Made by a program: the position numbers and the translations under genes
The notes under the pieces: model-generated
Databases searched by the model: none
What the model saw: only the letters and a program-made list of their open reading frames with translations
Told to the model about the DNA's origin: nothing
Assembly (NCBI RefSeq): GCF_036321535.1
Contig: NC_087447.1
Location: 47,432,001 to 47,496,000 of the forward strand
From: Camelus dromedarius
Taxonomy: Eukaryota
Direction: 5' to 3'
DNA length: 64,000 nucleotides
In this document: in pieces, positions 50,023-62,100 of the stretch
Layout: every line of letters starts with the position of its first letter
Numbering within the stretch: position 1 is the first letter of the stretch

Positions 50023-51699
50023 CTGCAAGGATAGGGTAAAGGAGAAAGTCCATGAGGCAAGGCCACTTTGAGCAGCTGGATGCTGGAGGCAGAGGAGGTG
50101 GGAGGAATGGGGAGGGGGGAAGCAGAAAGGGGAGAGGGATGCGGAAAAGGAAAGAGAAGGAAGAAAGTGAGAGCTGGGGAAGAGGGTAGAGAAAGGAAAG
50201 GAGAGGAGGGGAGAGTTCAGGGAGTCTAACAGAAGCCAGGCGATGGTTAGAAGGAGGAAGGCCCTCCAGCGGGGCGAGGAGGCAGACAGATGACCTGTCC
50301 AGAGCTGGAGGAAAAAGAGAGTCAAGACTCCCCACTCTCTGGCCCTCCTCTAGGACCAGTGCTGGGACGTGTAGGGGGTGGGTTGTGGTAGGGGCTGTCA
50401 GGCCTGCCAGGAGGCTGGACTGCCCCTAGGCAGGACACTGGGCATCCTCCATGACTGAGGCAGGGCCCCCATGATGCAGAGACTCTCAGAGAGGTGAGGA
50501 ACCCTGAGGAGACCCGGGGTGACAGGACCCTATCCACTAAGCCTGGGAGCCATGGGGTGGGATGGGTGAGGCAGGGGCATGAGACCTCAGGGGCTCTGCT
50601 CCTAACCGTGTGTAGGGGACCAAAAGAAGGTATTTCCAGGCAGAAGGAGAAAGAAGAGGCCATCCCTGAGGGCAGGCCACCAGCAAGCTCAGAGGGCCTG
50701 GGCTCTGTTGGAGAGGGTGGGTAGAAGGGGCAGGTCTGGGGCAGAACCACAGTTCCTGACACTAGGGCAGGGACAACTGCATACTGCTGGTCTCTGTGTG
50801 ATGGCTTTAGGGGTACTGGTGAACTTTTAAAATTTACCAGTTAGGTATTTATCTTAAGTAGACTCCACAATTACTTCTTAAGATGGGGCTAAAATAGGTA
50901 TGTTTTAAAGGTGAGTTCTTTAAAAATAAAATTTAAGTAATGAGTACTTCAGAAAGATCTGGCAAAAAATGGCAGTGCTACTCAAATAATGACTTAAAAA
51001 AAGAATTTTATAAGACAACCTAAATAGCTTTTTGCCACGGTGCACAACTCAGCTCAGTCCAGTTCAAGATGCTGACAAACTTCAGGGCTCGTGATTGAAA
51101 GAAGCTTTTCAAGAAGATAAGGTGTGTTTGAACATGTGATGATTGATATATATGGAATAGAGGCTTTTGCTTTCTTTGTCCCTTTCATGATGGTAAAAGG
51201 AGTGAACTTTTGGAAGGTACCAAATATCTGTAAGAACATATATCTACCCCATAACAAATTTCTGTAGAATTCAATTCTTTTATTTAAAATAGTTTTTCTA
51301 CCAACCAGCCCCACCCAGCCTGAAGCTTGACACAGTAACGCCTATCTTAAAACAACTTTGTCAACCACTTTAATTTTAAACCCCATTCTTTTGACTATTT
51401 TAAAGATTATATGTTCCAAGGTATCCTTTTAAATACTTGGTTTTGTGTGCTTACAATTTTGTCTATAATAGATCATTCTAATGATTAAAATTGATCTCTT
51501 TGACAGAAAACAGATCAATGGATTCCTAAGAGTCAGGGAGGAGTTTGTTGCAAAGGGCTTGGGGGAGTTTCGAAGAACTGTTGTACACTTTGATTATGGT
51601 GATGATTGCATGTGTCAAATTTTGGGGTGAATTTTATTGAATGTAAGTTCTACTTCAATAAATGACTTATAAAACTTAAAAAAAAAAGACAACATAAAT

Positions 51700-51870
51700 A
51701 GTCCTTACTATATGCCAGGTATCTAAAGCACTTTTTATTAACTTATTTAATCCTCATGGCAACCCTGAGGGACATATCTCATACTTTAAGATGAAGAAAC
51801 TGAGGCACAGAGAGGTTAAGTAACTTGCCCAAAGTCACACAGCTGGGAAGGGGCAATCTGAATATAGTCT
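51700..51870. mobile_element. MIR SINE
   Basis: gatgaagaaactgaggcacagagaggttaagtaacttgcccaaagtcacacagct. Confidence 0.75.
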
Positions 51871-52008
51871 AGACCTGCTTTGTCCAATACAGTAACCAGT
51901 AGTAGCCATATCTGGTTGCTAATGAACACTCCAGATGCAGCTACTTAATGAAGTGTCCTGTATACAATACACACTGGATTTTCAAGATTTAATACAAAAG
52001 ACAAAAAT

Positions 52009-52835
52009 GCTGGAGAGGCTGTGGAGAAAAGGGAACCCTCCTACACTGCTGGTGGGAATGCAGTTTGGTGCAGCCACTGTGGAAAACAGTATGGAGATTC
52101 CTCAAAAGACTAGGAATAGACTTACCATATGACCCAGGAATCCTGCTCCTGGGCATATATCCAGAATGAACCCTACTTCAAAAAGACACCTGCACCCCAA
52201 TGTTTATAGCAGCATTATTTACAATAGCCAAGACATGAAAACAGCCTAAATGTCCATCAACAGATGACTGGATAAAGAAGATGTGATATATTTATACAAT
52301 GGAATACTATTCAGCCATAAAAATGACAACATAATGCCATTTGCAGCAACATGGATGTCCGTGGAGAATGTCATTCTAAGTGAAGTAAGCCAGAAAGAGA
52401 AAGAAAAATACCATATGAGATCGCTCATATGTGGAATCTAAAAAGAAGGAGGAGGAGGAGGAGGAGGGGGAGGGGGAGGGGAGGGGGAGGGGAGGAGGAG
52501 GAGGAGGAGGAGGAGGAGGAGAAGGTATATACAAAACAGAAACAGACTCATAGACATAGAATACAAACCTGTGGTTGCCAAGGGGGAGGTGGGTGGAAAG
52601 GGATAGACTGGGAGTTCAAAATCTGTAGGTACTGACAGGCATACGTAGACTAGATAAACAAGATTATACTGTATAGCACAGGGAAATATATACAAGATCT
52701 TGTGGTAGCTCACAGTGAAAAAAATGTGACAATGAATATATGTATGTTCATATATAATTGAAAAATTGTGCTCTACACTGGAATTTGACACAACATTGTA
52801 AAATGACTATAACTCAACAAAAAATGTTTTATGAA
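52009..52835 (+). mobile_element. 5'-truncated LINE-1 (ORF2 C-terminal part + 3' UTR)
   Basis: L1 ORF2-end sequence (gctggagaggctgtggagaaaaggg...aaatgtccatcaacagatgactggataaag), 3' UTR, flanking 25-bp direct repeat. Confidence 0.9.
52446..52523. repeat. (GGA)n/(GGGGA)n purine tract inside L1 3' UTR
   Basis: Directly visible. Confidence 0.9.
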
Positions 52836-53544
52836 AAGATTTAATACAAAAGACAAAAATATAAAATACCTCAATAATTTTTTCTATTCATTACATAATG
52901 AAATTATAGTATTTTGGATATTTTGGATTAAATGTATGACTAAAAGTAATTTCACCTGTTTCTTTCTAATGTGACTACCAGAAAATTTTAAACTGCATCT
53001 GTTGCCTGGCATTACATTTCTGCTGGATGGTGCAGCTCCAGACTCTTAACCACTCTGCTCACTGCCTCTGGAAGGTGACAACGAGCTCTCACAAAGCAAC
53101 TGCGACAGATCAGGCACTGTTCTCAGGGTTTAACAGGGGCTGATGGATGACGGCCCCAATCGTGCTACTGGAATTACCAGAGCTGGGAAACAGGAAACCA
53201 CCTCTGTCCCTGAGGAGGGTCTAGCCCCTTCCTTGGCCTCTCTCAAGTTCCTATTCCTGCACTAAAGGCTTCAGGCCAAAGTCAGACTCTGGGACTCCGC
53301 ACTGGCACAGCCTCAGTCAAGGTGTCGGAAGCATGAGCCAGACCTCAGACCTGGACCTTCCCTCCAGGAGTATCTGGCTGAGGGAGTGGATACCAACCAG
53401 CCAGCAAAAACTGCCCACGGGGCCCTTACCAGGCTGGGGGCCAGGGAAGGCTTCCTGGAGGAAGCAACTCCCTGAAAAAAGGATTTTGGAGCAGTGCCCT
53501 GCTGAGCCATGCTAGAGTCTGAGACAAAGAAAAAAATCAGCAAT

Positions 53545-53730
53545 ATTAAACCTCTTTACTTAAACTTTTGATTTTTTTACCTTGGATTTTTTCATTAATT
53601 TTGATTTTTTTTTAAAATTGCTTAAAATATTATTTACCTTGATTATTGAGCCGTTTGGTCACCCCCTGTCTGCCTTATATTTTGCACTCAAGGCAAGTGC
53701 CTCACTTGCTCCACTCTAATCCTGGCCCTG
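53545..53730 (-). mobile_element. MER96-like hAT element fragment
   Basis: Minus strand begins cagggccaggattagagtggagcaagtgaggcacttgcc followed by AT-rich body. Confidence 0.5.
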
Positions 53731-56700
53731 GTTTGGAGGTTTCACACATCACTGAGTCTACACCCCCAGGGAAGCAGGGACCAGGCAGAGGAGAGTGTCA
53801 TCCTGTTGCGACAGCATGACCACAAGTTGGAGGGTTCCCTCCCACCCGACCCCCAGGGCTCAGCTCAGGCTTCAACACCTAACCACCTGACCCTGTCCTT
53901 GCTTCTCCCCTGTCTCTCTCCAGCACCTCTCTACTCAAAGCCCTTTCATGGTTCCCAGCGCCCTCAAGTCCAGCTCCTCAACCAGTCCTTCGACCTGCTC
54001 TAGCCCTGCTGTTTACAGATGAAGAAATACCCACAGGGAGGAAGTGACTTGCCCAAGTGTCAGGACATGCCCCAAGACCTGGCCAGGCTGGGCTGGCCCA
54101 CCACTCCCTCCATTTCACTTTTTGCACCAGGCACCAGCTTGACACATGGGAGTCCCTGAAATTGTCTGCTGACAGTGAGTAAATGAACCACATCCTTCCA
54201 CATTCAGTTACTGATTCCAGGCTGCCTCCTCCAGAATGTCCTCCCTGACCACCCCCTCGGCTCCTAGGCCTCAGTGGCTGAGCCACGCAGCTCAGCGCTG
54301 CTCCTGCTCTGTCCCTGGTTGTCCCATTCATGGAAGTCCATCTCCACCCAATTCCTAAACTGGCCTGGGGTATCCTGAGAGTCTGTATCCTTTCTTGTCC
54401 CCCTGCCCTCCACAGTAGAGCCCAGACCTGGCTGGGCTCACAAGGGCACTCAAGTCCAGGGGTAAGTAAGGGGTGTTTGGAATCCCTCTAATCCTTGCCA
54501 GCCAGTCCTTCTTCAAGTCTTGCCTGAGTCCCTCTTGCTGAAGCCAAAGTTTTTGCCCTTCCTTAACTAACTACCATTCCAACCCCCAAGGGCAGAGTTT
54601 AAATCTCATTACCCCTTCTCTATGCCAGCCTAGCATCTCTCTCACGCCATCCCTGCCCACTTCTGACAGTCCAACAGGAAGGTGGCCCCAAGCCTGAGCT
54701 AAGGACAGGCACGCTCCCACTTCCTTCGTTTTCTAAATATCCACCACACCCCTAGTCCCTTCTAGATGTCCACCTTCACCTGAGTGCTCCGCATGCTTGG
54801 GATTTTTACCCCATTTCATGGAAGCTGTATGAGGTGGAAACTTGCCCATGTCACTTGCTAGAGCCAACAGGGCCTTCCGAGGACGTGACTGTCTGATGGA
54901 GTCAGCGAGGCTTCTGGAGGGTACTTCCTCAGCTGGGCCTTGAAGGATAAGTAGGAGGTTGCACTTCCAAGCAAAGAGAACTGAGTGCAAGGCCCAGGGA
55001 TGGGAAAGGACCTGGCAGATCCAGAGACGGGGAAAGTTCAGTGAGGCAGGAATGTGGGATGTGAAAGGACAGCAGTGACAGACACCCAGAGAGGTTTAGG
55101 GATCTGCCTTTAGGTGGCCCATGGGGGTGTGAGCTGCCTTTGCATTCTGATTTGCATGAATGAGTCAGGCCTGGATCAGGCGGTCTTGAAGGTCCTAACT
55201 TCTTCCACACTCAGCTCGGGAGTCCCCTTGACCAGGACCCTTCTTCCCCAACAGCATCTTTAGAGCCCCCTCTTCACAGAGCTGCGCTCTGGACTCACGG
55301 GAAGGCCCGGTGAGGGGAAGGGGGAGTGGAAGGGGAGGAAGATAGGCCTAGGGGTCTGGACCTGAGGCCTATGCTCATCCCCCCCACCCCAATCTTCCCC
55401 CTCACATCCTCTTGCCCCAGGCAGGCTGGGCAGGGACCGCCGCACCCAGACCTCAGGAAAGCCCTCAGAGCTCTCTATACAGGAACTAGGTAGGAGCAGC
55501 ACAGGTCTAGCTTCAGCCAGGCCCAGCTCCACTAACCACATCCCACCCCTACCACAGACATGCACCTCGCACAGCCTCTGGGGACACACACCTCCCGCCC
55601 CACTCAGCAGCCAAAGGGCAGATCTGCACCCAACACACACACAGCCTTCGGTCCCCACGCTCCCTACCAACAACCTGACTGTGTACAACTGCCCAGATCT
55701 CCATGCTGCCCACCCCTCCACCCCCACGTGCCCCCCAATCACCATGTGATACCTGTGGGCAGGGGCACCTTCCTCTGCTGCCCTCCTGGCTGTTGTTCTC
55801 AGGACTCTGCTAACGCAGGCAAGAGGACCTGGAGACACTTCCCTTAGATATGAGGAACTGGGTGGGGGCTGGGACCGGAGGGTGCAGAAGTGGCCCCCGC
55901 CCCTCTGCAGAAGCCAGCTCCCTCCAGGCCTGTCAGACCAAGCTGCAGGTGCAGCCCTCAGGCAGCTGACTAACCCCTGGACCAAGAAGCCCATTTTCTG
56001 TCTCTCAGGGACTGGTAGCCACTGGCTGCTCTAACCCCAGCCCCGAATCTCTGCCCTGTCACTTGCCCAGGTAAGAGATTTCTGCCCCATCCCATCTATG
56101 ATGTGGCCTGTCCTCTGGGGTCCTAGAAGTAGTGGGGGCTGATAAGGAGCCATCCTCAGGGCAGTGAGGACTGTGTCTTAACTCCCCAGGGCTTGGGTGT
56201 TTAAAGAGCTGCCTCAGCTATCTGGTGGGGAGCTGGAGGCCACTGGCTCCAGGCCAGAGCCCTGTCCCCCCTAGGAAGCAGGCAAGTCCAGGTTCCTGGA
56301 CTTGTTCCATCATTTCTTGCCTGAAGCCCTGGGCAGGGCAGGTCACATTCTGAGCCTCAGTTTCTCCCTCCACAAAGCAGAGCTGTCACCCAGATGACCG
56401 TGACACACCACCATGTGTGTCCTAGAGGCCACACTCCACATCACTCCTCCGCTGCTAAGACAGACACTTCCTCTTCCTATGACCAAGGCCTCAGTGGGGC
56501 CTACCAGAGGGCCCTTGGTGCTGGCCCTGTAGCCAGGCTCTAGCCTGGACCCCTCGGCACCCTGGAGTTCTAGTTACCCCAGACAGCAAAGACTCCCACA
56601 CCCTGCTTCCAGCCACAACCCTCAGCAGGGCTCCCGACTAGATACCCCACTGCCCCCTGGATCTCTTCCTGGGTGGCTCCAGACGCCACACATTCCCCAC

Positions 56701-57024
56701 CCAACAATGAACTCACCCACTCCCCTCTCCGGGGGAAAGCAGGGCTGCCTCCAACCAAGGTGGGGTCTTTGAGCAAATCAGAAAAAATGCCTCTTGCTTC
56801 AGGAGCCCCACAGCAGGGCATGTAGTGCAGCAGAGAGGACAGGCTGGGTTTCAGTCCTCCTCTCCTGGCTCTCCCCAGCCAGCTACCCTTGGGCAGTGTA
56901 CAGCACGCACATGTGCACCCAGTGGACCAGGTGAGGGCAGGATATTTTAGCAACCTCCTCAAGGCAGCCTCTCTCAGTATCACCCTAATAAAATGTAAAA
57001 CTAGTTTTATTAATGACCAATGGA

Positions 57025-57160
57025 GGGGGAAGTGGGTTATAGCTCAGTGGTAGAGCATGGTGCTTATTAGCATGCACGAGGTCCTGGGTTCAATCCTCAG
57101 TACCTCTATTAAAAAAACAATAATAATAAAATAAAATTTTAAAATAAATAAAAAAATTTC
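57025..57160 (+). mobile_element. tRNA-Ala-derived SINE (camelid vic-1-like)
   Basis: A box TAGCTCAGTGG, B box GGTTCAATCC, A-rich tail, 13-bp target-site duplication AATGACCAATGGA (57012-57024 and 57161-57173). Confidence 0.85.
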
Positions 57161-59004
57161 AATGACCAATGGACATTAAAGACTAAGGGGCAGTGGACAT
57201 CCCTGACCTCAATTTCAGGCCTAGCCCTAATTCCCACTCCAATCTTGAAAGACTATCACTTTCTACAATCTCCATGTATGTACTGTTTAAAGTTTTTACA
57301 GTTGCGTATCACTTTCATAATTAGAAGAAAAAATGATAAAAAGTATTTTAAGTCTATTAGAATTGCGCTTGTCCCAGGTTGTTCCCCCTAAACCATCATT
57401 ATAAAGTAGCTTTATGATTTTAAATATAACACGCATAGACTACCAATAGAACTATCATAAACAAAACCGCTGACTTCCTAGGCCATCTGGACTGGAGGAC
57501 GAGAAACCGAGCCCCAGTGCTCACCTCCCCCAACCGCTGACCCTCCCGAAGGTCTAGGACACAGCTTAGTGAATAATGTCCCCCTCACGAGGGACCCGGC
57601 TGTAGCCCACGGACTTTCAAACAGAAAACAGACTGAGGTCCATTATGAACATGAGACTCCAGGGTCCCTGTGGTTTGTCCTCTAGAGAGCATCTGACCCC
57701 ACCCTAGCCCTGCCCCGCACCCACGTTCTCCCCAATCTCACCCAGGCCCCCGTAATGCCCAAGCCCCACCCTGGAGAGGGTCAGATAGGGAGTAAGGGTG
57801 AGGAGTCAGGGTAGATGTCTGAAGGACTTCACTCACCATAAATGGAGCTGGAAGTTAAAAGGTTTGAAATTTAGGCCTCGTCAAAAAGTCTATGACATAT
57901 TAGCTCCCTCGGCCCTAGCATATACCAACACTCCAAAAGAATCACTCCGGCCCACTCCTTCCCCTTCCCCTAACTGCCTCCTCCTCTCCCTCCCCACTGC
58001 CCCATGCACCCCAGGCCTCCCCAGCCTGCTTGATCCTGGGCCCTCTTCCCTGCCTCTTGCCCTTCCCTCACCTTTGGCCAGAGTACCCTCTACCTGCTCC
58101 TCTAACCCCTCTACCTAAGACAGAGCTCCAAACCTGAAACCACAGCCCTGACCCACATCCACCTTCCATTTGCCCCCAACCCTTCACTCTTCATGCCCCA
58201 GCTCAGACCCTTCTCGCCTTAAGGGTGGCCCAACCTGCCCCACAGCATCTGTGGAGACCTCCCCTCCAACCCCCTTGCCCTCCCCATCACAAACACACCC
58301 TCTGGGGCTGAGACTTCCCAGGGCAGGGAGCGCCTCCCCCACCAAGGTGCTGGGCAGAGGGGAGGCCTGAGGTGCCACAGGGTGACTCCAGGAAGACACT
58401 CCTCTGTGACCACTGCCCCTCCTCTGTAGGGGAGTGGTGGGGAGCTCTTAGCACCGAAAGTGAGGCAGAAACAGGAAGAAACAGGGCTGACAAGGGACTC
58501 CCAGGCAGCGGGAGTGGACAGAAGCAGAGTCATGTCACACCCTCAGCACAGGCCAGAGGGGTTGAGGCTGACCCTGGCCTGATGGGGGAGGGGAAGGGAA
58601 GGTCGCTTGACTCCATCCTCTCTGAGGCCTGCACACCCAGAAGGGGAGACTGGGGCTCCTCTGCAACCAGAACAAGCAGCCCAGGGGAACAGGGGCCCCC
58701 ACCCTGCCCTCTCCCTAGGGGGCCCCTAGAATGGAGAAGCCAGGCCATAAGCGGGCCCCTTGCTGCTGGCACCTGAAAGGGGAAGCTCCTAGGTTGCGGG
58801 GTGGAGGTGACCAGATGGGCAGGGTGGGCGCTGGAAGGGAGAGGGAGACAGGGAACAGCCCCATTGGCTCTGGCCTCCAATTTGATGTGGGTCCTCAGCC
58901 TCCCCCACTCTATAATCAGACAACAGACAGGACTCTTCTCTCTCACTCACAGGGAACATTCTAACCCACTTATCTGAACCAGTCATCCCAACTTAAAACA
59001 ACAA

Positions 59005-59180
59005 AACGTCATGGTTATGGAGTGCTTACCATCCACCGGGCGCTGTGCTGAACATGCTACATGGATTGTTTCATATAATCCTCACGACAGTCAAGAAAGT
59101 TGATGGTTTTAGCCGGACTTTACAGATGAGGAAGAAACTGAGCCTCAGAGAGGTTAAGTAACTTGCCCAAGATCACACAG
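59005..59180. mobile_element. MIR SINE
   Basis: tttacagatgagg...aaactgagcctcagagaggttaagtaacttgcccaagatcacacag. Confidence 0.7.
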
Positions 59181-62100
59181 GAGCCCCTCTTTCCACTCCA
59201 TCTCCTCAGAAGGGACAGGGAGCAAGGCAGTCAGGCAGGAGAGGGAGGAGGAGGAGGATAAGTGCAGGCTGAGAAGGGCAATGAAGGTCATGCTAAGACA
59301 CTCAGCCTTACTGTCCAAACCGGAAGCCACGAAGAGGAGCAGGGTGCTTCGGGGCAGCAGCACGGGGCAGCAGGCAGGCAGGCAGACAGGGGTCCTACTG
59401 CTGGGAGACCTGGGCATTTACATAACTTCCCTGAGTCTCAGTTTCATCAGCTGTATAATGTGGATTAGGACGGCTCCACCTTGCAGATGTGTGGGGAATG
59501 AATGTACCCCTTCACCCATTCTCACTCCCCATTGATTTCCCACCTCACTCAGAGAAAAGGTCAAAGCCAGCACAAGGCCCACCAGGCCAGTGAGGTCTGT
59601 CCCTGCCTTGCTGTTATTTCAACCCACTCCATGTGCTCCCACCTCAGGGCTGGGCCCTGGAACTCCCTCTGCCTGAAATGCTCTTCCAGACAACTGCATG
59701 ACCCACTTCCATACTTTTCCAGCACCTTCTCAAATGCACAGCTTTCCTTCCTGACCACTCGACCTAAAAAAGTGCCACCAGTCCCTCTCTCCTGATCCCA
59801 TATCATTTTTCAGCATCCCCCTTATTACTAGCAGACACCATATTAGGTATTTATTCGTTCACTGTCTGTCTGATTCACAGCCCTATCCCCAGTGGTGAGA
59901 AGTGTTGGGCTCCTAGGGGAATAGATAAATGGACATCTACAAAGCTTTGGCTCATTCCAATCAGGAGCTTGGGACAGGAGCCGTGACACGGGTAGGGTGA
60001 GGGATGGCTGGATGAGGTGTCAAGATTCAAGGTTCGTGTCCGGAGGTCTAGGAGTGAGAGATTCGACTCAGGTTCCCTGGCAACCGGCTGTGGCTGGGCC
60101 TGCCCCTTCCCCCCCACCTTTGAGGTTGCCATGGCCACTTCCTGCTGGGCTGATCTGATAAACACTGCTAGGGGAACCCTCACCCACACAGGGGAAGTCC
60201 TGACCCTCAGACCCCTTCATGACACCTACCCCTCAACTGTTCGCTGGAGCAGGTCAGAACCATCCCAGACTTCCAGGAGTCTCTAAGACCAACCCCTACC
60301 CCTTCCATGACTCCCCATTAGCCAGCAGGGCTCAAAGGGCCTCCATCATCTGGCTCCTGCCACCTCTTCCTCCTCTCCAGTCTTCTTCCCTCCACTCTCA
60401 CTGCTGGACACTTGACCTCCAGGACTTTGCTTATCTTGTCCTCTCTGCCTGGAACATCTTTCTCTACCTTACCTTCAAGTTCAAGTGTCACCTGCTCCAT
60501 GCAGCAGTCTCTAACTACTATGGTCACAGCCTGGATCACACAGGGATGTCACTATCTGTGACTGTGTCACATATTCTCTCTCTTTCTCTCTCATCCCAGC
60601 CTTGGCTGGAAGCTCAGGACTAGGGTCTGATTCTCCTGTATCCCCAGCCCAGCCCAGGGTTGGCAGACACTGAATATCTATTGATAGAATGAAATCTTCC
60701 AATTTTACACGTGGAGAGCAAGTAGCCCAGGCAAGTGATGACTTGCCCACAGTCACACTGCAATTAGTGGCCGAAGTGTGGCTGGAACCTGGCCTCCAGC
60801 CTCCCAGCCTGCTCATGTCTGCCAGTTATAGCTCCAGCCTCATGCCTGCCGGACCCCTGCCCTGCCTTCTCAGCTCTCCACATCCCCAACCACCTGCTCC
60901 TTAGGCATTCAGGAATCACCTAATCCAACCCTCCCCACTTCCAGAAGGGGAAAGTGAGCCCTAGAAAGGGACAGGAACCTAGCCAGGGCCACACAAGTCA
61001 GGACCAGGACCCAGGACCCCAGCCTTAGCACCTCATCCCCTTCCTCTAGCCTATTCCTTGGAAGAACTGGGAGGGATAGTTCCCTTTGGGTGGCTTCAGA
61101 GATACTGGAGTAACCGCCCCTCCACCCCATCTCCAAGTGGGCTAGGCCAGCCAGGCTCTAAGAAATGTGGGTTTTCAGGCCACAGGCAGTAGAGGCAGAT
61201 GAGAGTTCTGGTTCATGTCCTGGAACAGAACCACTAGAACCACTAGCCGCTCTCTAGATCTTTGGCCTCCCTAGACTTAGCAATCCATCTTTAGAGGTAA
61301 GATGGAGGCAGCAGGGAGAACAGCCCCAGTCTGAGTGGAGAGGCAGGCCTTTAGCTGAGGCTCTGGCACCCCTTCACCAAACAAGAGAGACTCTACCCCA
61401 TAGCTGTCCTGTTGCCATATGGAAAAGCTCAGTCCCCAGTCTTGCCCTCAGGGAGGCCCTTTCTCCCCACCAGGCTACGGTGGCCTCTGGGAACAAACTG
61501 CCACATTTTAGCTGCAGAACCACACAGTGGCCACACAATGAAGATTCCCACTCAAGTGGGTAAGAGACTTACCCAGCTCACCTGTCAATGGGTGCAGAGC
61601 CAGGCACCTTGTACACCAACCCACTGGGACATGGAATGCTGATCCCACAACACAAAGGAAAAGCATGGGTCCTCCAAGGATGTGTCTGGGCCCAAGAGCA
61701 CACAAGTGTGCACACAGGAACACACACAGTGCCCCTCAGAGGAATGTGTGGCAGAAAGGGGCTCACCCAGCCAGGAAGTCTTCCAGGAAGAGGGCACTTT
61801 CCTCACGGGGAGGGAACAGCCCTCCTTCTCACAGGGCAGCTCCATGCCCAGGACCCTTTGAGGGCAGCTGCTGTGCCCGCAGGCCCACATGGGCAAGAGA
61901 AGGAACTGGGAGAGGCATGGTGAATTACTCAAGGCCCTCAGCCAAGGCCCAGCCTCCTTGCCCCCTGAGGAGGGTCAGGGCCTCCCCTTGGGCTCCCAGG
62001 TTCAGGGCTCTGTCCACAAACCAGTCAGGGTCCTTGAGCCTGGCTCTGATATTCCAAAGCTAGATCTGGTCCTGCTGAGCCACATTCCATGCCGGTCCTG

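Larger units (their letters stand above)
51875..53033. mobile_element. hAT-Charlie MER33/MER3-like element split by the L1
   Basis: Left end ...tgtccaatacagtaaccagtagtagccatat...; right end ...cattacatttctgctggatggtgc resemble MER33 termini (from memory). Confidence 0.55.

Noticed and set aside
57025..57110. Functional tRNA-Ala gene
   Set aside because: Insertions in the anticodon arm, A-rich tail and target-site duplication indicate a SINE
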